60,972 bases of DNA from the NCBI GenBank assembly GCA_002726495.1, contig PBTH01000047.1, forward strand, positions 1-60,972, read 5' to 3'. This stretch comes from Methanobacteriota archaeon. Lineage in GTDB: Archaea; Thermoplasmatota; Poseidoniia; Poseidoniales; Poseidoniaceae. Shown in pieces: positions 1-10,228 of the stretch. Positions within the stretch are counted from its first letter, which is position 1. Each line of letters starts with the position of its first letter. The translations under genes and the position numbers were made by a program. The notes under the pieces are model-generated. The model worked only from the letters and a program-made list of their open reading frames with translations. It was not told the DNA's origin and made no database searches.

Positions 1-165
1 CAAAAATACGATGGAAACGGCGATGGTTGCACCCGCTGAAATGTTGAGTTGACGTCGGCCTTTTCCTTCAACGGGGTCAAACGGGGCATCGTCTGACGGC
101 ATCTCGTCAACGAGTATGGCTTCGAGCTCCAAACCGACACTGACAGCATCTGCATCTGCGCTCAT
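1..165 (-). CDS. Partial hypothetical protein (runs off window start)
   Basis: Minus-strand frame opens at ATG 165 (MSADADAVSVGLELEAILVDEMPSDDAPFDPVEKEK...) and has no stop before base 1. It is divergent from the cyclophilin gene. No motif recognised. Confidence 0.4.
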   Translation of the reverse strand, partial: MSADADAVSVGLELEAILVDEMPSDDAPFDPVEGKGRRQLNISAGATIAVSIVFL

Positions 166-315
166 GGTGCGACGAGTCAGTTCATTCTCAAGAGGCTGAC
201 GCTTTGATGAGTTTGTTCAAGAAGTCTGTAGGATTCAACCAATGGAATCCTTTCGTATCGTATTGTTGTTCATTTTACCCGCACGATTCATGGGGGAGAT
301 GGTACTGCGATACCC

Positions 316-1335
316 ATGAGTCGCCCGATGGTGATACGGTCGTTGCTGATGGTTGGCTTGTTTCTGACCGTTATGGTGCCTTCGACCATCAGCGCGCAGG
401 AAGCCGAGCCGCTTTGGCGTAGCAATGGCCTGGACCCAACCCTTTGGGAAGACCGCCCGGATACAGAAGAATCTCCTATGATGAAGTCGTACACTGGCAA
501 TGCCATTATTGAACTTCAGGTCACCTATTCTGAAGGACATGGGAGTGGGCAGAGCGACGGTATCATCATCATTGAATTGTTTGAACAGTGGGCTCCAATC
601 ACAACGGACAACATGATTTCTCATGTTGAATCGGGACTCTACGATGGAATTTTCTTTCATCGTGTCATCAATGACTTCGTGACTCAATCCGGTGACCCCA
701 CGTGTAAAACCATTTTCGTATATCCTGCAACGAGCCCGTCTTGCGGGAGTGGAGGAACTGGAGAAACGATTCCTTTGGAACTTAATGAGAACCTTTCCCA
801 TGTAGACGGCGCCCTAGGAATGGCCCGCAGTCAAGACCCTGATTCAGCAGATGCACAGTGGTACATTGCAGAAACGGAAGCACACAATTTGGACCCTGAG
901 AATCGAGAAGATGAAGGCTATGCTACCTTCGGAATTGTTAGGGATGGAATGACACACATCAGAGCCATTGCGGAGACTCCAACATCGGATGAACCCACAG
1001 GAACCGATTTGGACAACCCGTTTGCGTCTGGGGGAAGGCCGGTTTATGAAGCTAAAATCATCTCAATGGAAATGATTGGAGTAGCGGACCCGGATGGTGT
1101 GATTCGTAATCCACCCGAAGATACTGTACAGAGTAATTCCTTTGCAGAATCAGCCGTGAAGGTCGTATCCATTTCATTGGTTCTCTTGTTGGTGGTAGCT
1201 GTCCCCGTGATTCTGCTTCGGGGGCGCAGTGAAGAACCGCTTAACATGTACAAAGACGCCGTTATTTTGGATGCAGAACTTGTTGATTCTCCACAAGATG
1301 GTTTCTGGGACAAGATGGCAGATGATGGATTGTGA
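316..1335 (+). CDS. Membrane-anchored cyclophilin-type peptidyl-prolyl cis-trans isomerase
   Basis: Cyclophilin motifs FFHRVINDFVTQSGDP, GALGMAR and YATFG; N-terminal signal peptide; C-terminal hydrophobic helix (VVSISLVLLLVVAVPVILL). Confidence 0.9.
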   Translation: MSRPMVIRSLLMVGLFLTVMVPSTISAQEAEPLWRSNGLDPTLWEDRPDTEESPMMKSYTGNAIIELQVTYSEGHGSGQSDGIIIIELFEQWAPITTDNMISHVESGLYDGIFFHRVINDFVTQSGDPTCKTIFVYPATSPSCGSGGTGETIPLELNENLSHVDGALGMARSQDPDSADAQWYIAETEAHNLDPENREDEGYATFGIVRDGMTHIRAIAETPTSDEPTGTDLDNPFASGGRPVYEAKIISMEMIGVADPDGVIRNPPEDTVQSNSFAESAVKVVSISLVLLLVVAVPVILLRGRSEEPLNMYKDAVILDAELVDSPQDGFWDKMADDGL

Positions 1336-1339
1336 AACT

Positions 1340-1906
1340 ATGTCTCGTTCACGTCAGATTACCATGCTTTTCACTCTGAGCCTGCTCCTCTCAGGTTGTG
1401 TGTCTCAAGAGGCAGAAGTCACTCCTCCGATTGAAGAGGAGTCAATCCCTATGTTGGAAGCCCAACAGATTCCTAACTGGGCCGCTACAGCCCATGACGG
1501 GCAGAATTACAACAAGTCGTCCTTGGCTCTTTTACCCTATGTCGCTTATTTTTCAGCCCCTTGGTGTTTGCACTGTGAAGCCACCCTCGACACCTATGAC
1601 CAAGTGATTCCTGAGGGGAGAATGATGATTTTTTCACAAGAAGATGATGACGAATACTCGAACATGAGCCAATGGCACGAGACCACCGAATCCAATCTTA
1701 ACCGTTCAATTGATCGCCCGTTTATGCTTTCACCAGAGTTTGCAAAACAAATGGGTGTGACTTCAATACCCCATGTTATTTTTGTTAACGAAGAGGGGTA
1801 TGTCTTCCAAAACGAACATGGGAAACGGACCAATCAAAGTATGTTGCAAGATATATGGAATGCAACCTTGCTCGCAAGATACAATTCTTCATCGGGATGG
1901 TCATGA
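1340..1906 (+). CDS. Thioredoxin-like (TlpA/ResA-type) lipoprotein
   Basis: Likely start MSRSRQ at 1340. Lipobox-like LLLSGC, WCLHC CxxC motif, and cis-Pro-type motif TSIPHVIF. Confidence 0.8.
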   Translation: MSRSRQITMLFTLSLLLSGCVSQEAEVTPPIEEESIPMLEAQQIPNWAATAHDGQNYNKSSLALLPYVAYFSAPWCLHCEATLDTYDQVIPEGRMMIFSQEDDDEYSNMSQWHETTESNLNRSIDRPFMLSPEFAKQMGVTSIPHVIFVNEEGYVFQNEHGKRTNQSMLQDIWNATLLARYNSSSGWS

Positions 1907-3064
1907 TTTCTTGGGTCTGCATTCAATATCAAAAACGACATGACGCACGAATGGAGCATACCATTTCACCCGTTCAAGATGGTCGCCTCGTATTGAAAAA
2001 CCAAGATTCAGTTCATCGTTAAGGGATTTGAATCGTTCAAGAGTGGATTTCTTCCAACGCCCGATTTTTTCTTCTTCTACATTCATGTGGACATGAAGCC
2101 AACCACCTTCGGCTTTGAGGGCTTCAAGACAAGCTCCCCATACGGCTTCTGAAGATGGTAGTAGGCCAAGATGGCATCGGTCTGCTTTGCCCTTCAGCAA
2201 TGGAAGCGTTGTTTGATTGTCTCCTTGGTGAACGGTGATCTTATCCTCAATCTGGTTTTTCTTCGCCCCAAGAAGTAACCCCTCTATTGAAGCAGGGTTC
2301 ATTTCGCATGCGTGAACATGGGCCGCACCTGCGTTGATGATCATTGGGAACGAATAATACCCTATTCCTGCATAGGCATCAACGACCGTTTCACCCTTCA
2401 TGTTTAGTGCTCCAATCCGTCTTCTCTCTGTGATGTTCCCGGATGAAAACATGACCTTAGCAGCATCAAATTGATAGTGAATACCATGATCAAGAAAGCT
2501 GACTTGAGAATCCCCGAGGAGTATGGTTGCTTGAGAAGAGCGAAGCACATTATCTGCGATAGGCGATTGAATTCCGATGCCTTTTACCTTCAGGGCAGAT
2601 GCTATCGTGGTCCAAAGATATGTTTGCGAATCGTTGGAAAGTTTCACCCAGATGTCTTCACTAAAACTCCCATTTGGAAAAAGAATGAGGTCTCCTAAAC
2701 GCTCCCACTTACGGGGTAGAAGTTCAAGAAACGATTCTAAATGTCCTAAAGTAGTGTCTTTTGGGATGTCATTCCACCATTCTGTTACCATTGAATGAAG
2801 CCGCTTATGGGGTTGAGTTGGCTCCATGTAATGAGGGGGGAGAAAAACGAGTTCCAATGGAATGCTTGAAATTGCGACCACCTTCTCTCTACCCTGTTCA
2901 TACACCTGCAAAGAAATGAGCGGAAATGCAATGGTTTGATGCTCCAACACAACTGGGGCAACGTCATTGTCAAGCATGTTATTTTGCTTCAAACAGGAAT
3001 GAATTCGTTCCCCATCCAGACGGTGAACGATAACAAAAGGATGATGACTATCATCTTCCTTCAT
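1901..3064 (-). CDS. Trm5/Taw2 (Met-10+ family) SAM-dependent tRNA-G37/wyosine-pathway transferase
   Basis: Motifs LPRKWERLGDL, FDAAKVMFSSGNITERRR, VVDAYAGIGYY, CEMNP, ADRCHLGLLPSSE and WLHVHMNV. Start placed at ATG 3064 (MKEDD); the ORF-track start at 3229 overlaps the divergent gene. Confidence 0.8.
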   Translation of the reverse strand: MKEDDSHHPFVIVHRLDGERIHSCLKQNNMLDNDVAPVVLEHQTIAFPLISLQVYEQGREKVVAISSIPLELVFLPPHYMEPTQPHKRLHSMVTEWWNDIPKDTTLGHLESFLELLPRKWERLGDLILFPNGSFSEDIWVKLSNDSQTYLWTTIASALKVKGIGIQSPIADNVLRSSQATILLGDSQVSFLDHGIHYQFDAAKVMFSSGNITERRRIGALNMKGETVVDAYAGIGYYSFPMIINAGAAHVHACEMNPASIEGLLLGAKKNQIEDKITVHQGDNQTTLPLLKGKADRCHLGLLPSSEAVWGACLEALKAEGGWLHVHMNVEEEKIGRWKKSTLERFKSLNDELNLGFSIRGDHLERVKWYAPFVRHVVFDIECRPKKS

Positions 3065-3115
3065 GGTAAGGGCATGAGGGGAACTGCTTTCAAGTTCCCG
3101 TTCATAGCCTGCACG

Positions 3116-6100
3116 ATGTCGGCACCCAGTCACGAGGTAAATCCGCCCAAACCACTCATCCCCTTCCTCCTTGTTGGATTCTTTGTTCTTCAGATTTGGG
3201 CGCCTCTTGCAAGTGCTGCGGGAATGCAATCATGCAGTTCTGCTGGAGGGGAATGCGATGAATACGACCATGCTGAAGACATGACGCCTCACCGGCAAGA
3301 TTGGGTTGAGGGAATGTATGTTTTTGACCTAATATCAACCTCGAGCATCCAACTTGAACTCACATGGGCAGTCCGAGAATTCGAGCGTGATTCACTCGGA
3401 CTTGGTTCGGGAACTATTTTGGGCAACACCTTGGAAACTACAGATGGTTTGGATTCTAACGACGGTGCGCCAGCGGACTTAATTCGTGAGACGTTTAACA
3501 CTCCAACCGGTGGAGCAGGTACGCCAACGGTGGGTCAAAAGTTGAAGAATGAAGTCCAATCCGCTATTGAGTCCGCCTTGACCAGTGGGTTTGGGACCGT
3601 GACCAGTATCAGTACGGATTATGTTAACCAATACACCAACGCAGGAACTACCACACAATGTTCGACGGATGATACGACCGATTCAGAAGCGGAAGGTGCC
3701 AGTGAAAACAACGTGTTTGAGCCACCATTGTGCTTTACTTCTGTAGCATCAGTTGACCTCGCAGCTTCAAATTTCAATCTTAATGGAACCGAAGATTTGG
3801 ACCTTGAACGTACTTACAAGGGTCTTTTGACCATGGGTGCAGACATCAACACTGGTTTTGAGTTGACCGCACAACCGGGCCACAAAGCCGATTTCATCAT
3901 CAATCCACCAGCCTATTCAACCGTTCTTTCTGTTGATGAAAACGGCTCTCTCGCCGCTCGTAATGGCCCTCCAAGTTTCTGGGCTGCTGAATGGTCAATG
4001 AACCACCTAAATGCCCAAGAGGTGGATACCGACTTGTTGCAAAAAGTCAACCTTCAAATGGGTCACAGAAATTCAACAGAAACTCCAACCGTTTGGGTCG
4101 AAGACGGAACAAAAGCTCTGGATTTGAATCTCGTTTTAGACTTAAGAGATGAAGGGGAAGCAACGGTGGACTTTGTTGCTGGTTTGTACTATCTTGACGA
4201 GGCTACTTTGTCGGATTGGGGCATCGATATGTTTGAAGTTTCATCGGATGCAAGCGTCCCTGTGATTACATCCGACGGAATACGTCTTGCTTATCATAAT
4301 GGCATCGTTGACCTTACTCAATTTACCAATCAATTTCCTATCACAGATATCGTTGAAGGCCTTGCCTCTACCGTAACCGATGGCTCGGAGGACATCGTTA
4401 TGAGCGACTTGGCATGGGTTTCCGAAACAGACGGAACCGGTAATTTTGAACAACCAGGGGGTCTCAATTACAGCCATTCTACTGGGTGTACCGAGTCCGT
4501 AGTTGCTGGGCAACAATTGAATTATTGCCTTGAGGGAACTGTTGCAATGGATGCATCTTATCCAGTTTACCTTCAAACTTCAAGTCAAGGGTTCAACATG
4601 TCCCTCGTCGATATTCTCGAAGGATATGCTCCTGAAGGAACAGCTAAAAATTTCTTGGAAGCCATCCAACAAAATGACTTGGAACGTTTGATGAATTCGG
4701 GCATCACTTTAGAAACTGCCATTGATTCAAGTTATTTGAACGATATTATCCCATCTGGGCTCCCTCCTTCTGAACTGACGGTTGAAATTCTCGTACCATC
4801 ATGGATTACCACCGCTGATGGAAGCTCAAAGATCGTCTTAACCAAAACCATTGAGGGCACGCAAAAAACCGATGTTTCATTCACTGGAATCGGGCCAAAA
4901 TATAGTTATGAAACGGAGATCAAAGACGACGATGGCAATGTCTTGTGCTTCGCAAATCAATCAACATGTGTAACCAGCGCAATTGAAATGGATTGGCAGA
5001 AGTTCAACATCAATGAATGGTCTCAGTCAGTGAGTTTCACATTTGCACTTGATGCTGAATTAAGCATTTATCGTATCGGAATTCCACTTGACGACCTCCC
5101 TCAAGATGGTGACACAAAAGTTACCATGGAAGCGGTTCCCTCTGACCTCATCCGATTAATTCTTGACCTTTCAAGCAGAATGGACCAACCGTGGAGTTCA
5201 GGTGACTTGAGTAAGCATTGTCCTGATGATCTTAAAGACAAAATAAATGCTTGTAATGATGAACTGGAACTGACGGCAACACGTCAAGGATTGAAGGACT
5301 TCACGACCCTTTTCGGGGAAGTTGTGACCGATATCATCCATGAATCGGGCAATGAACTTGAGTCTACTTCCAATGTCAAAGAAATGGACTTGAGCGGCTT
5401 GGTAATCAAGACAAAAATTTCGGGAATTGAAGCACCTGATGATATTGTTTCGGATGAGGAACCCATCAAACTCAAAGTAACCATTCCAAAAGTGACGTTC
5501 AAAATTAAGCTTGATGTTGATACAGATAAACTTCAGAGCGATGACCCAGATGTTCAAGCGCAAGGCATCGGAATTGGCGTCGTCACCGACACCCTTTCTT
5601 CCTCCATCATTCGTCCTATGGAATGGGCGGCAAATACGCTTACTACAGGACTGAGAAATTCGATTATCAGCAGCAAAGGGCTCACCTATCCTCCTGAAGG
5701 ACAGGACAGTATTACCGTTCCAATAAAGGGAGACACATCGGTGCCAGAAGACTCTGGGATCCCTTCGGACTACGGTTTTAATTTGACAGGCCCGGTCTCC
5801 TTCTCTCTTCCACGAGGCATCCAAATCAAGGATTATAGCTCAATTTCTGGAAACTTCATCGTTACCGAAGATGGAGGACGTCAAACCATTACCTACATCA
5901 TCCCTCCAGGCAATATTGACGATGAAATCACATTCAGCTTCCATGTGAGTTGGATGTACTTCTTGATTCAGTTCTGGATTTATCCGACCATTGTCATCTT
6001 CTTACTCGTGATGTTTATTCGTCGTCGTCGGCGAAAGAAGAAAGCCAAGAAAAACAAATTAAAGCAACGGGAGGCCAACATCAACAAGGCTCAACTTGGT

Positions 6101-6193
6101 GACCATGAGTTCTCGGACTTGGTTGGATATTCAAGTCCAGGATTACGACGCGGAGAGTCCATTGAAGATATGGCTACAATTGATGATTACTGA
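3116..6193 (+). CDS. Large secreted/membrane-anchored hypothetical protein (about 1025 aa)
   Basis: Likely start MSAPSHE at 3116. Signal-like hydrophobic stretch, T/S/D-rich ectodomain, C-terminal TM helix followed by RRRRRKKKAKK stop-transfer tail. Confidence 0.8.
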   Translation: MSAPSHEVNPPKPLIPFLLVGFFVLQIWAPLASAAGMQSCSSAGGECDEYDHAEDMTPHRQDWVEGMYVFDLISTSSIQLELTWAVREFERDSLGLGSGTILGNTLETTDGLDSNDGAPADLIRETFNTPTGGAGTPTVGQKLKNEVQSAIESALTSGFGTVTSISTDYVNQYTNAGTTTQCSTDDTTDSEAEGASENNVFEPPLCFTSVASVDLAASNFNLNGTEDLDLERTYKGLLTMGADINTGFELTAQPGHKADFIINPPAYSTVLSVDENGSLAARNGPPSFWAAEWSMNHLNAQEVDTDLLQKVNLQMGHRNSTETPTVWVEDGTKALDLNLVLDLRDEGEATVDFVAGLYYLDEATLSDWGIDMFEVSSDASVPVITSDGIRLAYHNGIVDLTQFTNQFPITDIVEGLASTVTDGSEDIVMSDLAWVSETDGTGNFEQPGGLNYSHSTGCTESVVAGQQLNYCLEGTVAMDASYPVYLQTSSQGFNMSLVDILEGYAPEGTAKNFLEAIQQNDLERLMNSGITLETAIDSSYLNDIIPSGLPPSELTVEILVPSWITTADGSSKIVLTKTIEGTQKTDVSFTGIGPKYSYETEIKDDDGNVLCFANQSTCVTSAIEMDWQKFNINEWSQSVSFTFALDAELSIYRIGIPLDDLPQDGDTKVTMEAVPSDLIRLILDLSSRMDQPWSSGDLSKHCPDDLKDKINACNDELELTATRQGLKDFTTLFGEVVTDIIHESGNELESTSNVKEMDLSGLVIKTKISGIEAPDDIVSDEEPIKLKVTIPKVTFKIKLDVDTDKLQSDDPDVQAQGIGIGVVTDTLSSSIIRPMEWAANTLTTGLRNSIISSKGLTYPPEGQDSITVPIKGDTSVPEDSGIPSDYGFNLTGPVSFSLPRGIQIKDYSSISGNFIVTEDGGRQTITYIIPPGNIDDEITFSFHVSWMYFLIQFWIYPTIVIFLLVMFIRRRRRKKKAKKNKLKQREANINKAQLGDHEFSDLVGYSSPGLRRGESIEDMATIDDY

Positions 6194-6196
6194 CCT

Positions 6197-7921
6197 TCAG
6201 TGGAGCGAATTATAGATTCGTTGGGCCAAGGATGGCCCGATCCCAGGTACGGTAAGCAATTCGTTAATGCTAGCATGTTCGATTCCCTTCCGTCCTCCAA
6301 ACTGACGGAGAAGGGTCTGCAGTTTCTTTGCTCCAAGACCTTCAACGCCTTCCAAGGGGTCAGCCAATCGATTCCTGCTGCGTCGTTTCCGATGGAAGGT
6401 ATTGACGAAGCGGTGAGCTTCATCTCTTGCGTGAACCATGACTCTACCTTGACGGTCAAGAATTAACGGTTCATGCCCTTTCCTGTAGACCGTTTCCTCA
6501 CGTTTTGCTAGAGCAGCAACGGGAAAACGGTCCGACCATCCGTGTTCTTCAAGGGCAGCAGAAATCGTACTTAGGTGTGTTTCACCACCATCAATAAGCA
6601 AGAGGTCGGGCCATTCTTCTTGTCGTTTAGCCCACCGAACTACCACTTCCTTCATCATGCGTAAATCATCGATAGCCTCACCCTTTACGACGTACTTCCG
6701 ATATTCATCCTTAGCCGGTCGTCCGTTGCGCATAACAACGCTTGCTCCGACTCGCTCACTGCCCAGCAATTGTGCCATATCAAAACAGACGATGTGATTC
6801 AGTTGAGCCATTTCCATAAGTTCCGCTCCATCATCTGCGGCTCGTTGTTCAAGAGAGCCGCTGGATTTAGTTGACATTCGTTGAAGTTGAATCTCAGCAT
6901 TTTGACGAGCAAGGGTTGCTAAATTCTCGAGGTCTCCTCGCTGAGGCGAGCGAATCTCAACAGAACTTCCTCTGCGTTGGTTCAACCAGGATTGAAGTCC
7001 ATCAAAAATGGGCACGGGGCTCAAAAGCAGTCGCGGTGGTCTTCGATGAGCGTAGTGTTCGGAGATGAACATTGAGATGGTCTCGCCGATGTCTCCAGCA
7101 TATACTACTGGCCATGCTTCTTGTCCTTGGACCATACCTTCGTCCGCATGCAAGACCACAATTGCGCCCATGTCTCCTTGCGTTGCTAATCCAATGGCAT
7201 CACAATCACGGTACACTTTGCTTGAGACAACATGTTGGCTTGTGGTGGCGCGCACGGCTTGTATTGTGTCACGGTATCTCGCCGCCTCCTCAAAGGCCTC
7301 TTTGGAAGAGGCCTCTTCCATTGCAGCAACCAGTTCTTCTAACAAGGGTCCAGCGTTCCCATTCAGTATTTCGCGTACATTCTTGACATTTTCTTTGTAA
7401 CCTTCGGATGATACACAGGGCCCGGTGCATAGGCCAATATGCATGGACAGACATCCTTGAGGAAGCAATTCTTTGCAGTCTCGTATTCCAAATTGTCGCC
7501 GAGGCAGTTGCATCACTTGTTTTGCGGCCCCTGCATTTGGAAACGGCCCCCACTGCTCTGCATTTTTTGGTGGATGCCGGGTGTACATGATGCGTGGAAA
7601 TTCGTGTTCGGTCAAGACAAGATAAGGAAACGATTTTCCATCTTTCAACATCGAGTTGAAACGAGGCATGTGTTCACGAATCAACTGGCGTTCAAGGATC
7701 AGTGCTGCCTGTGGTGTTTGGGTCACGATGCACTCAATATCATCCGCTTTTGTGATCAGTTCAGGGATCATTTGACGGTCTGGATTTGAAGCAAAATATG
7801 AGCGTATCCGTTCATTGAGGCGCGTCGCTTTTCCGACATACAAAACCCTTCCTTCATTTGTTTTGAACAAATAAACACCCGCCTCTTTGGGGAGGTCAGC
7901 CGAACTGAGGTCGACGGGCAT
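6197..7921 (-). CDS. uvrC: Excinuclease ABC subunit C
   Basis: GIY-YIG domain (GVYLFK...YVGKA..L..RI.SYF), UVR coiled coil (FEEAARYRD), RNase H-like domain (CFDMA, PDLLLIDGG, RDEAHRF) and HhH pair (GLGAKK, VPGIG). Start MPVDL at 7921. Confidence 0.95.
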   Translation of the reverse strand: MPVDLSSADLPKEAGVYLFKTNEGRVLYVGKATRLNERIRSYFASNPDRQMIPELITKADDIECIVTQTPQAALILERQLIREHMPRFNSMLKDGKSFPYLVLTEHEFPRIMYTRHPPKNAEQWGPFPNAGAAKQVMQLPRRQFGIRDCKELLPQGCLSMHIGLCTGPCVSSEGYKENVKNVREILNGNAGPLLEELVAAMEEASSKEAFEEAARYRDTIQAVRATTSQHVVSSKVYRDCDAIGLATQGDMGAIVVLHADEGMVQGQEAWPVVYAGDIGETISMFISEHYAHRRPPRLLLSPVPIFDGLQSWLNQRRGSSVEIRSPQRGDLENLATLARQNAEIQLQRMSTKSSGSLEQRAADDGAELMEMAQLNHIVCFDMAQLLGSERVGASVVMRNGRPAKDEYRKYVVKGEAIDDLRMMKEVVVRWAKRQEEWPDLLLIDGGETHLSTISAALEEHGWSDRFPVAALAKREETVYRKGHEPLILDRQGRVMVHARDEAHRFVNTFHRKRRSRNRLADPLEGVEGLGAKKLQTLLRQFGGRKGIEHASINELLTVPGIGPSLAQRIYNSLH

Positions 7922-8032
7922 GAGTGATGCTTGAAGGCGGTGGCTCAAAAGGGCAACCCTGTGGCTTGAACAATCACGCAACGAATGCGATGATTGATGA
8001 AGGAGAGGTTCAAGGTTCCAATTGGTACAACC

Positions 8033-10228
8033 ATGTTGACACGTTCCCAAGAGAGATTACTCCGTCATCTGGGCACCTTTCCAGAGGACATGGAGCAAGC
8101 ATGGGACGTCCCAAGAGCCCTTTCACTTCCAGGCCTTGCAGAGGTGATGGGAGTTGTTCGTTCGGGGCTAAATCAACCTCTGACGAACCTTGAGTCGGAC
8201 GGTATGATTTCAGTTCGTGTAGCGCATGTCATTGGTGGAGGTTCTCGTCGCAGACAAGTATACCATCTTACAGAAAAAGGTAGATTGTGGCTTATTGAAC
8301 ATCCACTTGCAACAGAGCATTCGGATGAAAAAAACACCTCAAAAACAGAAGCAACCGAGTTTGCTCTTATTGGGCGCATGGAAACCCTTCTTGAATTGGA
8401 ATCGCTGCAGGAAGACCAGAAAACAATCATGTTGAGTGGGCTTTCAGGTATTGGTAAAACCAGTGTCGCTCAAGCCCTAATTCATCGTGCAATCGGCAAC
8501 GGTACGTCGGTTCATTCTGCTGTTGTTAACGAGTTTTCAGATCTGAGAGATATTGTCAATCAATGGTTGCCCGAAATAGACCCACTACCGTATGATGTCA
8601 AAGCACTAACTGCGTTGCTCGCACCGTCTTCTTCAAAGCGATTGTTTGTTCTTGACGATGTTCATTTGGTATCGCCTCGACACGCACCCGACATCACCTC
8701 AATGCTCAAAGAACTTGATTCAGATGTGACGATGACGCTTCTGCTGGTAGGTCGCTCGCCATTACCGTTTGACTTTGAGTGTGAATCCTATCAACTCCCC
8801 GCTCTCAAATCAAAAGATGCTGCTGAGTTGTTGGGTGACCATATGGACTTTGACCAACGCATATCGATTGCGAAATCACTTGGAGGCCATCCAATGGCTC
8901 TTCAATTGTATTCCGAAGGAACGCTTCTTCCTGAGGCGGGAGAGGACATTCAAAAGTTCGTAGAGCAAACCATTTTGCAAAATCTTGACCAAGATGCTTT
9001 GGCAGCATTGGACCAATATGTACTGTTTCCCAGGCCACTGGCGGTTTCCAGCCTCCCTCATCAAGACCACATAGGGGAATTGGACCTCCATGCTTTGTTA
9101 CGATGGGAACATGAAACGACGAAACTCGAAATTCAACACTTTGTCCGGAATGTCCGAAGAACCATGTTCGCCACGAGTGAGTTAGATGCATTGCACAAAA
9201 AGGCACTCAGTCATTGGATGACAAGTGAAGATACCCCTGACACTCAAATTCTTCGTCTTTACCATCAACTTGCTCTTGATGACTCGGATTTCATTGAAAG
9301 AATTGAAAAACAGGTGGACCACCTTGTACCCGTTCAAGGTGCCGCAATTGCCGTCATTCTCAATCGAGCATTGGACCAAAAACCAGAGGATGAACGACTT
9401 CACTACTGGGCGGGTAAGGTTGCACTTCACCGTCACGAAATCAAACAAGCCGAGTCTCACATTGCCTCAATTAATGACCAAAGCCTCCGCAGTGACTTGG
9501 AGTATCAAAAAGCACTTCTCGAAGGAAACGAAGCAGCATCTGAACGATTGCTTGACCAAGTTATTGCGGGCGCAAGTGATATCGTAGCCGCACGAACCCT
9601 CTTATCTGCTGCAGTCAGTCGTCTTGAAGACCGATTGTTTGATGAATCCACCGAACAAATATCTTCCGACCTTCATGAAATCGTCAACGCAATAACATTG
9701 CCAAAGCAGCAAGAATACCGCTCTGCCATGATGGTGAGCCTCTCTATGATTCAACATGCACTTGCACTCTTTGATGAGTCTCCGAAACGAGCAAAGGAGA
9801 TTCGCGGAGCTCTTGCCTCCATCAGCAGCGAGCAAGATCCATTTGTTCAGTTGCTTCAGTTGAAAGCTATGTTCCATTTTCATGCATCAGATTCACTTGA
9901 AGCCGTGATGAAAGAAGCAGAGTATGTCATCGAATGTCAAACCACCAATTTTCATAAATCAGCCTTGAGGATGACTTATGCAGAATTTTTGTGGAGCCAT
10001 GATCTTGAAGAAGCCAAATCTGTATTTGAACATGTGATACGACCGGATCGCCTTCTTACCCCTGGCGTCGCACAGCAACGGTATGCTGGCAGGTGGTGGT
10101 ATCTGTACTCCAAAACTTCACCTGAACATGCGCTTATGGCATTGCGGGAAGCCAGCAGATGCTATCGCTCTGCAGGCTGTCACAGTGCGAGTCGGACCAT
10201 TGTCAAACGAATGCATCGCTTGTTGTGA
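8033..10228 (+). CDS. Winged-HTH + STAND (NB-ARC-like) ATPase + helical/TPR-like repeat protein
   Basis: N-terminal wHTH (LAEVMGVVRSGLNQPL..LE..G...RRRQVYHLTEKG), Walker A GLSGIGKT, Walker B LFVLDD, GxP motif LGGHPMAL, alpha-helical C-terminus. Start MLTRSQ at 8033. Confidence 0.8.
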   Translation: MLTRSQERLLRHLGTFPEDMEQAWDVPRALSLPGLAEVMGVVRSGLNQPLTNLESDGMISVRVAHVIGGGSRRRQVYHLTEKGRLWLIEHPLATEHSDEKNTSKTEATEFALIGRMETLLELESLQEDQKTIMLSGLSGIGKTSVAQALIHRAIGNGTSVHSAVVNEFSDLRDIVNQWLPEIDPLPYDVKALTALLAPSSSKRLFVLDDVHLVSPRHAPDITSMLKELDSDVTMTLLLVGRSPLPFDFECESYQLPALKSKDAAELLGDHMDFDQRISIAKSLGGHPMALQLYSEGTLLPEAGEDIQKFVEQTILQNLDQDALAALDQYVLFPRPLAVSSLPHQDHIGELDLHALLRWEHETTKLEIQHFVRNVRRTMFATSELDALHKKALSHWMTSEDTPDTQILRLYHQLALDDSDFIERIEKQVDHLVPVQGAAIAVILNRALDQKPEDERLHYWAGKVALHRHEIKQAESHIASINDQSLRSDLEYQKALLEGNEAASERLLDQVIAGASDIVAARTLLSAAVSRLEDRLFDESTEQISSDLHEIVNAITLPKQQEYRSAMMVSLSMIQHALALFDESPKRAKEIRGALASISSEQDPFVQLLQLKAMFHFHASDSLEAVMKEAEYVIECQTTNFHKSALRMTYAEFLWSHDLEEAKSVFEHVIRPDRLLTPGVAQQRYAGRWWYLYSKTSPEHALMALREASRCYRSAGCHSASRTIVKRMHRLL

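Noticed and set aside
235-801. 188-aa antisense ORF and many other 60-220 aa shadow ORFs in the track
   Set aside because: They lie opposite or out of frame to well-supported genes and show no recognisable motifs.
2936-3229. Apparent long overlap between the divergent Trm5/Taw2 and surface-protein ORFs (similar overlaps at 7994-8050, 10663-10704, 16349-16389, 53453-53511)
   Set aside because: Artefact of longest-ORF start calling; downstream ATGs give normal short divergent intergenic regions.
8033-10228. Avs-type antiviral STAND defence system
   Set aside because: The N-terminus is an HTH, not a nuclease/SIR2/TIR/protease effector, and the neighbours are housekeeping genes.
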